DNA of 64,000 nucleotides from Candidatus Izemoplasmatales bacterium (GTDB lineage Bacteria; Bacillota_I; Bacilli_A; Izemoplasmatales; Hujiaoplasmataceae): NCBI GenBank assembly GCA_050949045.1, contig JBMNEZ010000001.1, positions 576,001 to 640,000 of the forward strand, read 5' to 3'. Shown piece by piece: positions 20,178 to 30,097 of this stretch (position 1 is its first letter; each line of letters starts with the position of its first letter). The notes under the pieces were generated by a model. It saw only the letters and a program-made list of their open reading frames with translations, ran no database searches and was not told where the DNA came from. The position numbers and the translations under genes were made by a program.

Positions 20178-22034
20178 ATGTATAACAACGGTTTTATGAA
20201 AGTGAGTTTGATTTCCCCCACCCTGGAAATCGGGAATCCAAAGTTCAATGTCGAAGAGATGCTTAGAACTTTGAAGGACAACCCCAGTGCAATTGCGGTT
20301 TTTCCTGAGCTTGGCATCACGGGTTATTCTTGCAACGACTTGTTCTTCATGAGAACGCTTTTTGACGATGTCGAAGAAGCGGTTAAACACCTTCTCAAGT
20401 ACAATTCCTTTCCTGGCATCATTGTCTGCGGACTGCCTTTGATTGTCGAGGAAATGACGCTCAACGTCGCCATGGTCATTCAGAAAGACAAGATTCTTGG
20501 CGTCGTGCCCAAAACCTATCTGCCGAGTACGAGGGAATACTATGAGAAGCGCTGGTTCAAGAGCGGTCTTGAACTGATTGATAAAATCAGCACCATCCAC
20601 GCTTTTGACCAGGAGATTCCTTTCGGCAATCTAATTTTCTCGGCTGGCGATGTCAAATTCGGCATCGAGATCTGCGAAGATATGTGGGCAACTATCACCC
20701 CCGGCAACCTTCTCAGCATCAACGGTGCGATTATCATTGTCAATATCAGCGCCTCGAACGAGACCCTCGGAAAAGAAGAAATCAGAAGAAATGCTGTCTG
20801 TGAGCATTCGCGGAAAAATTCGGGGATCTACCTGTATTGCTCTGCCGGAGCTTCGGAATCCTCGAGCGATACCGTTTTCTCGGGCCATAATATCGTCGCC
20901 CAGAACGGGACAATTATTTGTGAAGCCAAAAGTTTCTCGCTTGAAACCCGGATTCTTTACGCCGATATCGATATTCCAAGAGCCCAGCACGAGCGGCGAA
21001 CCAAATCCTCATTTCTAGATTCGATTCTGAAGTACCGTTTCAGTTGCAAAGATGTCAAGTTCGACTTAGCGAAAACGGACACGTACGTCTTCGCCGATCC
21101 GCTTGATCAAACTCCTTTCATTCCCAAAACAGATATGAATCTCAAGTTTCATAAGATCATGCAGATTCAAATTTATGGTTTGGCGAAACGGATGAAACAC
21201 CTAGGATATAAAAAATTATTGATCGGCGTTTCCGGAGGTTTGGATTCTGCACTGGCACTTTTGGTTGCCTGCAATGCTTTCGATACTTTGAAAATCGATC
21301 GGAAAGGCATAATTGCGGTGACGATGCCCGGTTTGGCAACCAGTTCCAAAACCCAAAGCAATGCCAATGCCTTGATTGACGCTCTCGGGGTGACCAAGAT
21401 GTCGATCGATCTCAAGGATCATGTCCTTGACCACTTGTCATTGATCGGTCACGATGCCGATACCGAGGACACGACCTACGAGAACGCGCAAGCTCGAGCG
21501 AGGACAATGGCGCTCATGAACCTTGCGAATCAACTCGAAGGTATCGTTCTCGGAACCGGTGATCTTTCGGAGATCGCCCTAGGCTGGTCAACTTACAACG
21601 GCGACCAGATGAGTATGTACAATGTCAATGCCGGCATCCCCAAAACATTGGTTCGTGCTATGATCGAGCACATTCCCTCCAAAATGTTCTCTAAAAATGT
21701 CAAAACCGCTCTGGATGACATTGTAAAAACACCGATATCGCCTGAACTTAAAAAAGGACAAGAAACCGAATCGGTGCTGGGAAAATATGAGATCAACGAT
21801 TTTATCCTTTACCGCTTCCTCGTCTGCGGCGATTCAGAGAAGCGGATCGCGTCTTTGGTTGCCGTTGCCTTTATGATCGACAGCGAAGATGCCAAAAAAC
21901 AGACGATGAACTTTTTCAAGCGGTTTTATTCTCAACAATTCAAACGCCAGGCAAATCCGGACGCTCCCAAGATTTTGGAAGTCGCGCTCTCTTCGAGAAG
22001 CGATTTCCGCATGCCTTCGGATGTCAAACGCTAG
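20178..22034 (+). CDS. nadE: Glutamine-dependent NAD+ synthetase
   Basis: Nitrilase triad motifs FPEL, PKTYLP, EICED plus GVSGGLDS and ENAQARAR. Confidence 0.96.
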   Translation: MYNNGFMKVSLISPTLEIGNPKFNVEEMLRTLKDNPSAIAVFPELGITGYSCNDLFFMRTLFDDVEEAVKHLLKYNSFPGIIVCGLPLIVEEMTLNVAMVIQKDKILGVVPKTYLPSTREYYEKRWFKSGLELIDKISTIHAFDQEIPFGNLIFSAGDVKFGIEICEDMWATITPGNLLSINGAIIIVNISASNETLGKEEIRRNAVCEHSRKNSGIYLYCSAGASESSSDTVFSGHNIVAQNGTIICEAKSFSLETRILYADIDIPRAQHERRTKSSFLDSILKYRFSCKDVKFDLAKTDTYVFADPLDQTPFIPKTDMNLKFHKIMQIQIYGLAKRMKHLGYKKLLIGVSGGLDSALALLVACNAFDTLKIDRKGIIAVTMPGLATSSKTQSNANALIDALGVTKMSIDLKDHVLDHLSLIGHDADTEDTTYENAQARARTMALMNLANQLEGIVLGTGDLSEIALGWSTYNGDQMSMYNVNAGIPKTLVRAMIEHIPSKMFSKNVKTALDDIVKTPISPELKKGQETESVLGKYEINDFILYRFLVCGDSEKRIASLVAVAFMIDSEDAKKQTMNFFKRFYSQQFKRQANPDAPKILEVALSSRSDFRMPSDVKR

Positions 22035-22041
22035 AGTTCAT

Positions 22042-23175
22042 ATGAAAGTCATCGTCGGGCTCAGCGGTGGCGTCGATTCCAGTGTTGCCGCTTTGAAACT
22101 GCTTGAGCAGGGCTACGATGTCGAAGCGTTCTTTATGCGCAACTGGGATGCGGCCATCAATAACGATCTGATCGGCAATCCGGATCTTGACAAAGATATC
22201 TGCCCTCAGGAACAAGATTATCTGGATGCCGTGAATGTTTCCGAAAAACTGGGGATCAAATTGCATCGTCATGATTTTGTGGAGGAATACTGGCGCGACG
22301 TCTTTTCCTTTTTTCTTAAGGAGCTGGCGAAGGGAAGAACCCCCAACCCCGATATTTTATGTAACAAGCATATCAAGTTCGATGCCTTTGTTAAAGTCGC
22401 GAAAGCCATCGGCGCCAAGCGGATCGCCACCGGCCATTTTGTTCGAACAAAGAGTATCGCAGGCGAGTTGAGGTTGCTCAGAGGTTGTGACAAAGAAAAG
22501 GATCAAAGCTATTTTTTGTCGCAAGTCACTCAAAGCCAACTTGTCGAATGTTTGTTTCCGGTCGGAGATATGACAAAAGCCGATGTCAGGAAAATTGCAA
22601 GAGAAGCAGGGCTAGAGACGGCGACGAAGAAGGATTCGACCGGAATCTGCTTTATCGGTGAACGCCGTTTTCAAAAATTTCTTTCCAATTATTTGCCTGT
22701 AAAACCGGGTGCGATCGTCACCGATAAAGGTGATACGATCGGCAGCCACACCGGCTTGGCGAACTATACGATCGGTCAAAGAAAAGGGCTTGCGATCGGC
22801 GGTAGCCGGAAATACGGGAATGAACCGTGGTTCGTCTATGGCAAAAACCTTGTTTCGAACGAACTATACGTCTGCCAGGGTTTCCATAATCAGAAACTTA
22901 TGTCAAACCATTGTTTGGTGTCTGATTTGAACTGGATTGGCCCAAAACCGGCGGCGGGGGCGTTGCTCGGAGCCAAGTTTCGCTACCGGCAAAAAGACGT
23001 TCCTGTCATGCTTTCAATGAATGCGGAGGGTACAGTAATGGTTGAGTATCCAAAGATGGCAAGGGCCGTCACACCGGGACAGGCATGTGTGTTTTACGAC
23101 GGTGATATCTGCCTTGGCGGGGGGACCATCATTCAAGCCTATCTTGACGGAATCGCCGCCCACGAGGAAGTGTAG
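22042..23175 (+). CDS. mnmA: tRNA 2-thiouridylase
   Basis: SGGVDSS, TPNPDILCN, KDQSYFL, DSTGICFIG, TPGQ. Confidence 0.97.
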   Translation: MKVIVGLSGGVDSSVAALKLLEQGYDVEAFFMRNWDAAINNDLIGNPDLDKDICPQEQDYLDAVNVSEKLGIKLHRHDFVEEYWRDVFSFFLKELAKGRTPNPDILCNKHIKFDAFVKVAKAIGAKRIATGHFVRTKSIAGELRLLRGCDKEKDQSYFLSQVTQSQLVECLFPVGDMTKADVRKIAREAGLETATKKDSTGICFIGERRFQKFLSNYLPVKPGAIVTDKGDTIGSHTGLANYTIGQRKGLAIGGSRKYGNEPWFVYGKNLVSNELYVCQGFHNQKLMSNHCLVSDLNWIGPKPAAGALLGAKFRYRQKDVPVMLSMNAEGTVMVEYPKMARAVTPGQACVFYDGDICLGGGTIIQAYLDGIAAHEEV

Positions 23176-23176
23176 G

Positions 23177-23989
23177 ATGAACAAACTCGGTTTATGCCTA
23201 TCCGGGGGCGGTGCCCGGGGCGCCTTCCAGGTCGGCGCCTGCAAGGCGCTCGAAGATCTTGGCATTCTTAAAAAGGTTAACGCTTATGCCGGCACATCCA
23301 TTGGATCGGTCAACGCCTCACTGATTTCCACCAAATCGGTCGATGAAGTCTTTCGCATTTGGCTGAGCGTTGAACCTGACGTTTTGAAAAACTCCGAGAG
23401 TCTTTTCAAACGCATCATCAGGGAAAGGACGCATTTCGTTGATAACGGCGTCTTCAAAATCGATGAACTAGAAGTTCGGATCGACGCCGCTATTGATTAT
23501 AACCACCTCCGCCAGCAGGAACTCTATATCACCATCTCTCAGGCGGGAAACATTAATGACGGAATCTTTGGTCTGTTTAAGGCCGGTTACCAACATTATA
23601 TTAAAAAAGACTCTCAGGTGCTCTATGTGCCTGTTTCCGACCAAAGTGACGAACAGATTAAAAAACTGATTCTTGCATCTTGTTCAATCCCGATCGTTTT
23701 TCCGGCTGTCAGGCTAGACGAACGTGAGTATTTTGATGGCGCCGTCTTCGACAACGTTCCGGTCAAACCATTGATCGACAGCGGCTGTGATACAGTGATC
23801 ATCGTTCATCTGCATCGGCTCAATCTCTTTCAAAAAAGCAATTTCCCCGGAATCAGATTCTACGAAATCAAGCATCATCGATCGCTCGGAGGATTACTCA
23901 ATTTTGATCGTGACCGATCCCGAAAATTGTTCGACCTTGGCTATCATAATGCATTCGAAACTCTCAAGGACTCAGATCTTGTTGGTTAG
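23177..23989 (+). CDS. Patatin-like phospholipase
   Basis: LSGGGARG, GTSIG, DGA; ATG 23177 just after the mnmA stop. Confidence 0.92.
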   Translation: MNKLGLCLSGGGARGAFQVGACKALEDLGILKKVNAYAGTSIGSVNASLISTKSVDEVFRIWLSVEPDVLKNSESLFKRIIRERTHFVDNGVFKIDELEVRIDAAIDYNHLRQQELYITISQAGNINDGIFGLFKAGYQHYIKKDSQVLYVPVSDQSDEQIKKLILASCSIPIVFPAVRLDEREYFDGAVFDNVPVKPLIDSGCDTVIIVHLHRLNLFQKSNFPGIRFYEIKHHRSLGGLLNFDRDRSRKLFDLGYHNAFETLKDSDLVG

Positions 23990-24008
23990 ATTACAGAATA
24001 TATAAAGA

Positions 24009-24054
24009 AAAAGCCTTCCCTTGACGTAATATCTTGTCAAAGGGAGGTTTTTTT
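24009..24054 (+). terminator. Terminator-like hairpin that also sequesters the RBS of the next gene
   Basis: AAAAGCCTTCCCTTGAC-10 nt-GTCAAAGGGAGGTTTTTTT then ATG. Confidence 0.7.
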
Positions 24055-24684
24055 ATGAAGAAAGCAGTATTGTTATTGATCATGGCGTTGTCACTGATTC
24101 CCTTATTTTTATTGGTGAACGCCGAAGAATATACGAATTACCAAGAAATCGTCTTTGATAACGATGACGCCGTGCTATTGAAAGATTATACAAGCAAATT
24201 GTATGAAGATAACTATGAGAAACTAACGAAAGCGAAATTCATTGGTTGGAAGCACTTTCACTTCACTAAAAACGAACCTGTTGAGTTTGTTTCAGAGACA
24301 AAACTAAGGATCTACAACAACGGTTTCAGCACGATCAAACACGAGATCGAACTCACGACCAAAGAGGAGTCGAAGTTTCAAATCAGCGCATCAGGATCTG
24401 TCGGCTGCAAGGTCAAGGGCGGAAAGAAGAAGTTCGACGGCGCCCTCGACGCCGATATCAAAGCCAGTGTAAACTATTCGACAACCCTCAGCAGTTCCGA
24501 AACCTATGAGTTCGTCATCATCGTCGACCCGAAGACCTATGTGACAATCGTCACAAGGGGAAAGGGCGAGGTCAACAATGGAGTAGCTAAACACTACCTG
24601 TTTTGGATTGAGACAAAGAGGGGCGGTTGGGAAACCTTCACCGTCAATACCGAGTACTATGAAATAATCAAGGAGCGGATTTGA
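24055..24684 (+). CDS. Secreted protein with aerolysin/ETX-MTX2-like beta-pore-forming pattern (putative)
   Basis: Signal peptide ending VNA|EE; Ser/Thr-rich beta strands flanking an alternating hairpin FQISASGSVGCKVKG...GALDADIKASVNYS; IIVDPKTYVTI. CDS is secure, fold call is inference. Confidence 0.55.
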   Translation: MKKAVLLLIMALSLIPLFLLVNAEEYTNYQEIVFDNDDAVLLKDYTSKLYEDNYEKLTKAKFIGWKHFHFTKNEPVEFVSETKLRIYNNGFSTIKHEIELTTKEESKFQISASGSVGCKVKGGKKKFDGALDADIKASVNYSTTLSSSETYEFVIIVDPKTYVTIVTRGKGEVNNGVAKHYLFWIETKRGGWETFTVNTEYYEIIKERI

Positions 24685-25568
24685 TGCACAAACTGGTATT
24701 CACAGCCATCGGCCTCTTTATAATCGCTAGCCTTGTTTTAGTTCTCACTGAGAAGGACAAACCGCAAACGATTGAGATCCTCGCGCTCAAGGAAAACCGC
24801 TCCCTGTTGATCAGCGACAATGATGAGAATGTAATCATCACGCTTTTTCTAAGCCAAAAAGACTCTTTTTTTACTGCAATTGATTATATTCAGTCTTGTA
24901 GGATAGAAGATGATGAGGAAGAAATCGAACTGGAGGTTATAGACATCATCGCCGGCAACGAAGTCCTCTACAAGGGAAATACTTACTGGCAATATCAATT
25001 TGTGCTCGGATTCCACGAAGTTTTCGTGCGTGATTCCATTCTCGAATTTGCGGATGCAAGGTGTGTTGTCGAGTATGAAAATGATGTCGAACTAGCAATC
25101 GCGATCGGGGGGATCACTTTATGTCTGATAGATATTTGCCAGACCGTGCACCTTGACTTTTTGAGGTTGTTTGGAAATACCGAGATACTTAGTGAGGGTG
25201 AACGGCTCGCTTCGATCACAATCGAGCTTGAAAATCGCGGTTTCGACACGGTCATGATCAAGGGGATCGAAACCTATGTTACCGGAATGGACATTTCGCT
25301 AGATAACGGATCTATTATAATTGACGGGGAGAGCGAGCCTATAACCATCGAATCATTCAGATTACCGCCTGGGGATGGCGTGCTTTGCAATTTCAAGGTC
25401 AACTTTGTAAATGATAGTCTCCCCGTGTACCGATTCCCGCTTTTCATCACTTACGAATACCTCGGTATTGAATACAAATTGATCATCGATGATTTCCCGT
25501 ATTTTCGAAAGGCCCCTTTTTATGAGGTGGATGATGCAATCGTCGCAACTTATCTCTATCACTATTAG
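24684..25568 (+). CDS. Membrane-anchored acidic extracellular protein, unknown function
   Basis: N-terminal TM helix, Asp/Glu-rich beta-type body; TGATG coupling and AGGAG RBS. Confidence 0.8.
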   Translation: MHKLVFTAIGLFIIASLVLVLTEKDKPQTIEILALKENRSLLISDNDENVIITLFLSQKDSFFTAIDYIQSCRIEDDEEEIELEVIDIIAGNEVLYKGNTYWQYQFVLGFHEVFVRDSILEFADARCVVEYENDVELAIAIGGITLCLIDICQTVHLDFLRLFGNTEILSEGERLASITIELENRGFDTVMIKGIETYVTGMDISLDNGSIIIDGESEPITIESFRLPPGDGVLCNFKVNFVNDSLPVYRFPLFITYEYLGIEYKLIIDDFPYFRKAPFYEVDDAIVATYLYHY

Positions 25569-26166
25569 CAATGTGACTAAGAAGTACGGGAAATGCTATG
25601 CTCTCAGATCACTTTCTGCGAATTTCGTCCCGGGAAGGCTGAACCTGCTCATCGGTGAGAACGGTTCAGGAAAAACCACCTTGCTTAAATGCATCATGGG
25701 CTTGGTTCGCTATGAAGGCAGCATCTCGGTGATGGCGGGAAAGATCGGCTACGCTCCCGAACAATATGTGATGCCTTCGTTCATGCGCGTAATCGACTTT
25801 CTCCGTTCGCTTGGCAGGGTTAGAGAAAAAGATCATCAAAAAATCGACGAGAGGATTCCGGAACTGCTTTCAATCTTTGATTTTAAGTCGCTGAGCAAAC
25901 GCATGATTGGCGGTCTTTCTAATGGTATGAAACAAAAAGTCAATCTCTTGCAAGCCTTGGTTCATGATCCGGAAATCTTGATTCTCGATGAGCCGCTTCA
26001 TGGTTTAGACCTAGATTCGCAACGCCAATTTGTCGAGCTCTTAAAGAAACTTGCAAAGCAGAAGCTCATCATTGTTTCAACTCACTATCCGGAGCGTTTC
26101 CGCAGCAAAACCCTGAAGACGTATCTGCTCATAAACGGCGAGATCGAGCCATTTGCCAATGCTTAG
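25531..26166 (+). CDS. ABC transporter ATP-binding protein
   Basis: GENGSGKT, LSNGMKQK, ILDEP, STH; GAGGTGG RBS (start 25531 or 25534). Confidence 0.92.
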   Translation: MMQSSQLISITISNVTKKYGKCYALRSLSANFVPGRLNLLIGENGSGKTTLLKCIMGLVRYEGSISVMAGKIGYAPEQYVMPSFMRVIDFLRSLGRVREKDHQKIDERIPELLSIFDFKSLSKRMIGGLSNGMKQKVNLLQALVHDPEILILDEPLHGLDLDSQRQFVELLKKLAKQKLIIVSTHYPERFRSKTLKTYLLINGEIEPFANA

Positions 26167-26881
26167 AATTCATGTTGCCTTTTTATTGAACAAGCAGACG
26201 TTATTGATCCTCATTTTATCGGTTATTGTGATAACCGGCTTTTTTGTATACTACGCAGACATTGCCTCCGGTTACGAAATGCTTGATGGGGAACGTGACT
26301 ATAATCAATCCGTTTATGTTTCCGACAGCGTTCATCTATTGGAATTCGTGCTGGTGTTGGTTGGAAGTGCCATTGGTAGTTTAGCGTATTCCGAAACGAG
26401 TTCAAAGTATCTTACTTATCTTGTCTTTGATAAAAAAACGAAGTTTTGGGCAAACATATCGAAAACACTATCGATCAGCTTAATCGAACTGGGATTCGTT
26501 TGGTTTCTTTTATTGATGTTTTACTCCATACCGCGTCTGTTTACGCCTTTTCAACTGTCTATCGCTGATATCACAAAACTGTTTTTATTGCTATATGCAG
26601 AGATGCTGTTTTATACATTCCTTAATTCATTGATGATGATCATCGTCAAGAACTACTTGGTTCTCGTCATTCCGTTGTTGTTATTCTTTCTCCTCAATCA
26701 AGCTGACTCCTATGCCCAGATCGAGGCTTCGGAGTTGTTAAGGCTGGCGAATAGCGTGGTGGTCAACTTAATTTGGAACCTTGATGGCTATACGACTTAC
26801 GGGGATTTCCATGCCCTTATTCTCACTAGCAACTTGATGATGATGTTCTCAACTTTAGTATCGGTTCGCTCAGATATATGA
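26153..26881 (+). CDS. ABC transporter permease (about 6 TM)
   Basis: Hydrophobic ORF overlapping the ATPase stop; ends in VRSDI as many ABC-2 permeases do. Confidence 0.8.
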   Translation: MPMLRIHVAFLLNKQTLLILILSVIVITGFFVYYADIASGYEMLDGERDYNQSVYVSDSVHLLEFVLVLVGSAIGSLAYSETSSKYLTYLVFDKKTKFWANISKTLSISLIELGFVWFLLLMFYSIPRLFTPFQLSIADITKLFLLLYAEMLFYTFLNSLMMIIVKNYLVLVIPLLLFFLLNQADSYAQIEASELLRLANSVVVNLIWNLDGYTTYGDFHALILTSNLMMMFSTLVSVRSDI

Positions 26882-27198
26882 CCAACTGTTAATGATACAA
26901 AGAAGATACCGATGCTTTCGAATTCATATTGCATAAAAGGATTTGAAAAGGGCTGGCATAAGTGATATAATCATAATGCCTTAATTTGACTATGGTGTTT
27001 AGAGCATTTGCAGGATTCACAGCATAATATAGTTAAGCCGTATGATGTGAACTGATTAACGTCAATGATTATCAGGTAGGATGTTGACGATTGTTTAGGT
27101 CCGGCCGACTGCCGTCTGTTCGTTTCATAATCTTGGCCAAGGCATTGATAAGCCACATAATTTCGCTAAGTCGGTTATAGTGGAGTAGGGATAATTGT

Positions 27199-28503
27199 AT
27201 GGGAAAGTACTTTGGAACAGATGGGATTCGCGGTAAAGCATATGAGTATCTTTCTGTCGACCTTGGATTCGCGGTCGGCAGAAGTTTGTCGCTTCTTGGA
27301 AACAACCTCTTGATTATCGCCACGGACACGCGCGAGTCGGGGCCAGCGCTTAAGAAAGCGATCAAAGACGGCGCAAAGGCCTCCGGTATCAATGTGATTG
27401 ATCTTGAGATTCAGCCTACACCGGTCCTGTGTTACCTCAGCAAAATTAAGAACGCGATTGGTGTGATGATCACTGCGAGCCATAATCCATATCAGGATAA
27501 TGGCTTCAAGGTTTTTCTTTCCGGAAGGAAGTTAACTCTCGAAGAAGAAGCCATCATCGAAAACTGCCTTGACGGCATACTCTCACCCTTGACTCAAGAT
27601 GTAAGCGGAAGAGAACTATCTTCCATTTCCTCGCTTTCTTTCTACCGTGCCCTTTTCTCCTCTTTTATCGAACAAACCAACCTCAGTATCGCTCTTGATC
27701 TTGCTCATGGCGCAACCTGCGCGACCGCTCGCGAGGTGTTCCGTCTACAAACCTCAAAACTTTTTGTCGTCGGAGACGCTCCCAATGGACTAAACATCAA
27801 TCATGATGTTGGTTCAACCAATCCGGAGTCGCTCCAAAAACTGATCAAATCGTGCGGTTCGGATATCGGGTTCGCCTTTGACGGTGACGGAGACAGGGTA
27901 ATCGCCGGTGACCATGACGGTATGATTTATGATGGCGATCTCCTCATCTATGTCATTGCCAATCATCTGCATGAGCAGGGACGATTGGTCAACGATAGCG
28001 TTGTTTTGACAAGAATGAGTAATCTTGGTATTATCAAAGCGCTCAAACATCACGGGATCGAGAGCGTCATTGTGGATGTCGGCGACAAAAATGTACTGGA
28101 CATGATGAATGTCGGCGGCTATGTCCTTGGTGGTGAAAACTCAGGGCACATCATCAACAAACTCTTGCTTGATACCGGAGACGGTGTGCTGAATGCCGCT
28201 TTCGTCACCCACATCCTTCATAAAACAGGTAAGACGCTAAAAGAGCTGACTAGCGATGTGACGATGTATCCGGACATTTTGTATAATCTCCGTGGCGTTG
28301 ATAAGTCTCTTGCCAAGCACCCACAAGTATCAGCGATTGTCAATATCATCAAGAACGAACTCAAAAACGATGGCAAGGTTTTTGTCCGCCCCAGCGGCAC
28401 TGAACCTTTAATCCGCATCGCTGTCTCTGCACCATCTCAAAGTGTTTGTGAAGATGCCGTGAGGCGGATTACTGAAACAATCTTATCGCTCCAAAAACAA
28501 TAA
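27199..28503 (+). CDS. glmM: Phosphoglucosamine mutase
   Basis: KYFGTDGIRG, TASHNP, DGDGDR, GGENSGH, RPSGTEP. Confidence 0.95.
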   Translation: MGKYFGTDGIRGKAYEYLSVDLGFAVGRSLSLLGNNLLIIATDTRESGPALKKAIKDGAKASGINVIDLEIQPTPVLCYLSKIKNAIGVMITASHNPYQDNGFKVFLSGRKLTLEEEAIIENCLDGILSPLTQDVSGRELSSISSLSFYRALFSSFIEQTNLSIALDLAHGATCATAREVFRLQTSKLFVVGDAPNGLNINHDVGSTNPESLQKLIKSCGSDIGFAFDGDGDRVIAGDHDGMIYDGDLLIYVIANHLHEQGRLVNDSVVLTRMSNLGIIKALKHHGIESVIVDVGDKNVLDMMNVGGYVLGGENSGHIINKLLLDTGDGVLNAAFVTHILHKTGKTLKELTSDVTMYPDILYNLRGVDKSLAKHPQVSAIVNIIKNELKNDGKVFVRPSGTEPLIRIAVSAPSQSVCEDAVRRITETILSLQKQ

Positions 28504-28529
28504 ACATTCTATATAGTAGGAGGAAGCAA

Positions 28530-29921
28530 ATGAAAAAATATGCCATTGTTCTCGCTGCCGGAAAAGGCACAAGAATGAAAACCGAAATGCCGAAATGCGC
28601 CTATCCAATTCTTAGAAAGCCGATGATCGCCTACATCGTTGAGAATCTTCGTAATGCTTCGATGATCGATGAAATCATCGTTGTTGTCGGGCATAAACAT
28701 CAAATTATCAGGGATATTCTCCAAGATGCCGTTACTTATGCATTCCAAGAAGAACAACTGGGGACCGCGCACGCAGTAATGGTCACCGAACCGCAAATCA
28801 CCGATCTTCAAGGCGATACGATCATCCTTCCGGGAGACATGCCGCTGGTCAATAGTTGCCTTTTAGAAAGCGCAATGCGCGAACACCATAACCGCCGCAA
28901 TGACTTGACGCTGGTGACTACCAATCTCGATGATCCTTCAGGCTATGGACGTATCGTCCGCAATGATTCCGGATATCTGGAATCCATCATCGAACACCAT
29001 GAGGCAAATGCTTTTCAAAGACTTATTAACGAGGTTAATACTGGAGTCTATGTTGTTAAGACAAGCCATTTGTTCTCAGCCCTAAAGAAAATAGACAACC
29101 ATAACTTGAAGAATGAGTATTATTTGACCGATATCATCAAGGTTATGAAAGCTAACAACTCCCTGATTGGCACGTATCATCTCAAGGAATCATACAAAGC
29201 CTTGGGAATCAACGACCTCTATGCTCTGAGTATCGCTGAATCGCGCCTGCGCCAAGACATCAACAAAGAACATATGCGTTCGGGAGTGGCGATGATCAAC
29301 CCGGATACGATCACAATTGGACACAACGTAAAAATCGAAGGGAATGTAATCATCCACCCGAACACCTATATCACCGGAAACTCTGTCATCCGCCAAGGAG
29401 CTCAAATCGGTCCGGATACAGAAATCCACGAGAGCATCATCGGCGAGAATGTCATCTGTCACCATTCGCTGATCTACAACTCAATCATCAATAAGGACTC
29501 TACTGTTGGCCCGTTCGCCCATCTTCGCAATGGCACTGTCATCGGCGAGAGAAATCGGATCGGCAACTTTGTCGAGGTCAAAAAATCAACGACAGGAGCC
29601 AATACCAAAGCTTCGCATCTTGCATATATCGGGGACGCTACCGTCGGCAAGAATGTCAATTTTGGCTGCGGATCAATCACTGTCAACTTCGATGGTCAGA
29701 ACAAGTACCAGACCACGATCGGCGATGATGTCTTCATCGGCTGCAATGTCAATATGATCGCCCCGATCAATATTGAAGAAGGCAGCCTGATCGCTGCCGG
29801 ATCGACTCTCAATAAAAACGTTCCCAAAGGCTCGCTTGCGATCGCTAGGGCGTACCAGGTAAACAAGGAAAACTACCTCCGCGACAAAAAGCAAAATGAT
29901 AACGACGAAGAAAAGAAGTAA
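28530..29921 (+). CDS. glmU: Bifunctional UDP-GlcNAc pyrophosphorylase/GlcN-1-P acetyltransferase
   Basis: LAAGKGTRMK, QLGTAHA, EYYLTD, GNFVEVKK, hexapeptide repeats. Confidence 0.97.
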   Translation: MKKYAIVLAAGKGTRMKTEMPKCAYPILRKPMIAYIVENLRNASMIDEIIVVVGHKHQIIRDILQDAVTYAFQEEQLGTAHAVMVTEPQITDLQGDTIILPGDMPLVNSCLLESAMREHHNRRNDLTLVTTNLDDPSGYGRIVRNDSGYLESIIEHHEANAFQRLINEVNTGVYVVKTSHLFSALKKIDNHNLKNEYYLTDIIKVMKANNSLIGTYHLKESYKALGINDLYALSIAESRLRQDINKEHMRSGVAMINPDTITIGHNVKIEGNVIIHPNTYITGNSVIRQGAQIGPDTEIHESIIGENVICHHSLIYNSIINKDSTVGPFAHLRNGTVIGERNRIGNFVEVKKSTTGANTKASHLAYIGDATVGKNVNFGCGSITVNFDGQNKYQTTIGDDVFIGCNVNMIAPINIEEGSLIAAGSTLNKNVPKGSLAIARAYQVNKENYLRDKKQNDNDEEKK

Positions 29922-29924
29922 TAC

Positions 29925-29953
29925 TTGACAATCAATCGCGTCTGTACTATACT
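29925..29953 (+). promoter_or_regulatory. SigA promoter of infC-rpmI-rplT
   Basis: TTGACA-17 nt-TATACT. Confidence 0.85.
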
Positions 29954-29961
29954 ATATCAGG

Positions 29962-30082
29962 TTAAATAGTAGAAAGCAGAAGCCCCACTTCTCACCTGAT
30001 TGACTCGGTCAATAGGTAGACGCTACCATCATGTTTCGCTTGTATCTGACGTGGGTGCCTGCTTCGGCATCCACTTTATTTT
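29962..30082 (+). ncRNA. Ribosomal protein L20 leader (attenuator)
   Basis: AAGCAGAAGCCCCACTTCTCACCTGATTGAC core typical of Firmicutes infC leaders; terminator GTGGGTGCC...GGCATCCACTTTATTTT. Confidence 0.85.
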
Positions 30083-30097
30083 ATGGAGGTGTTACGC

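Noticed and set aside
23177..23989. Patatin as a CBASS/CapV-type defence effector
   Set aside because: No nucleotidyltransferase or other defence genes nearby; tightly coupled to housekeeping mnmA. Adjacency to the putative pore-former operon is noted, but a hairpin separates them
26882..27198. glmS ribozyme or other riboswitch upstream of glmM-glmU
   Set aside because: No AGCGCC...GACGAGG core and no convincing stems seen
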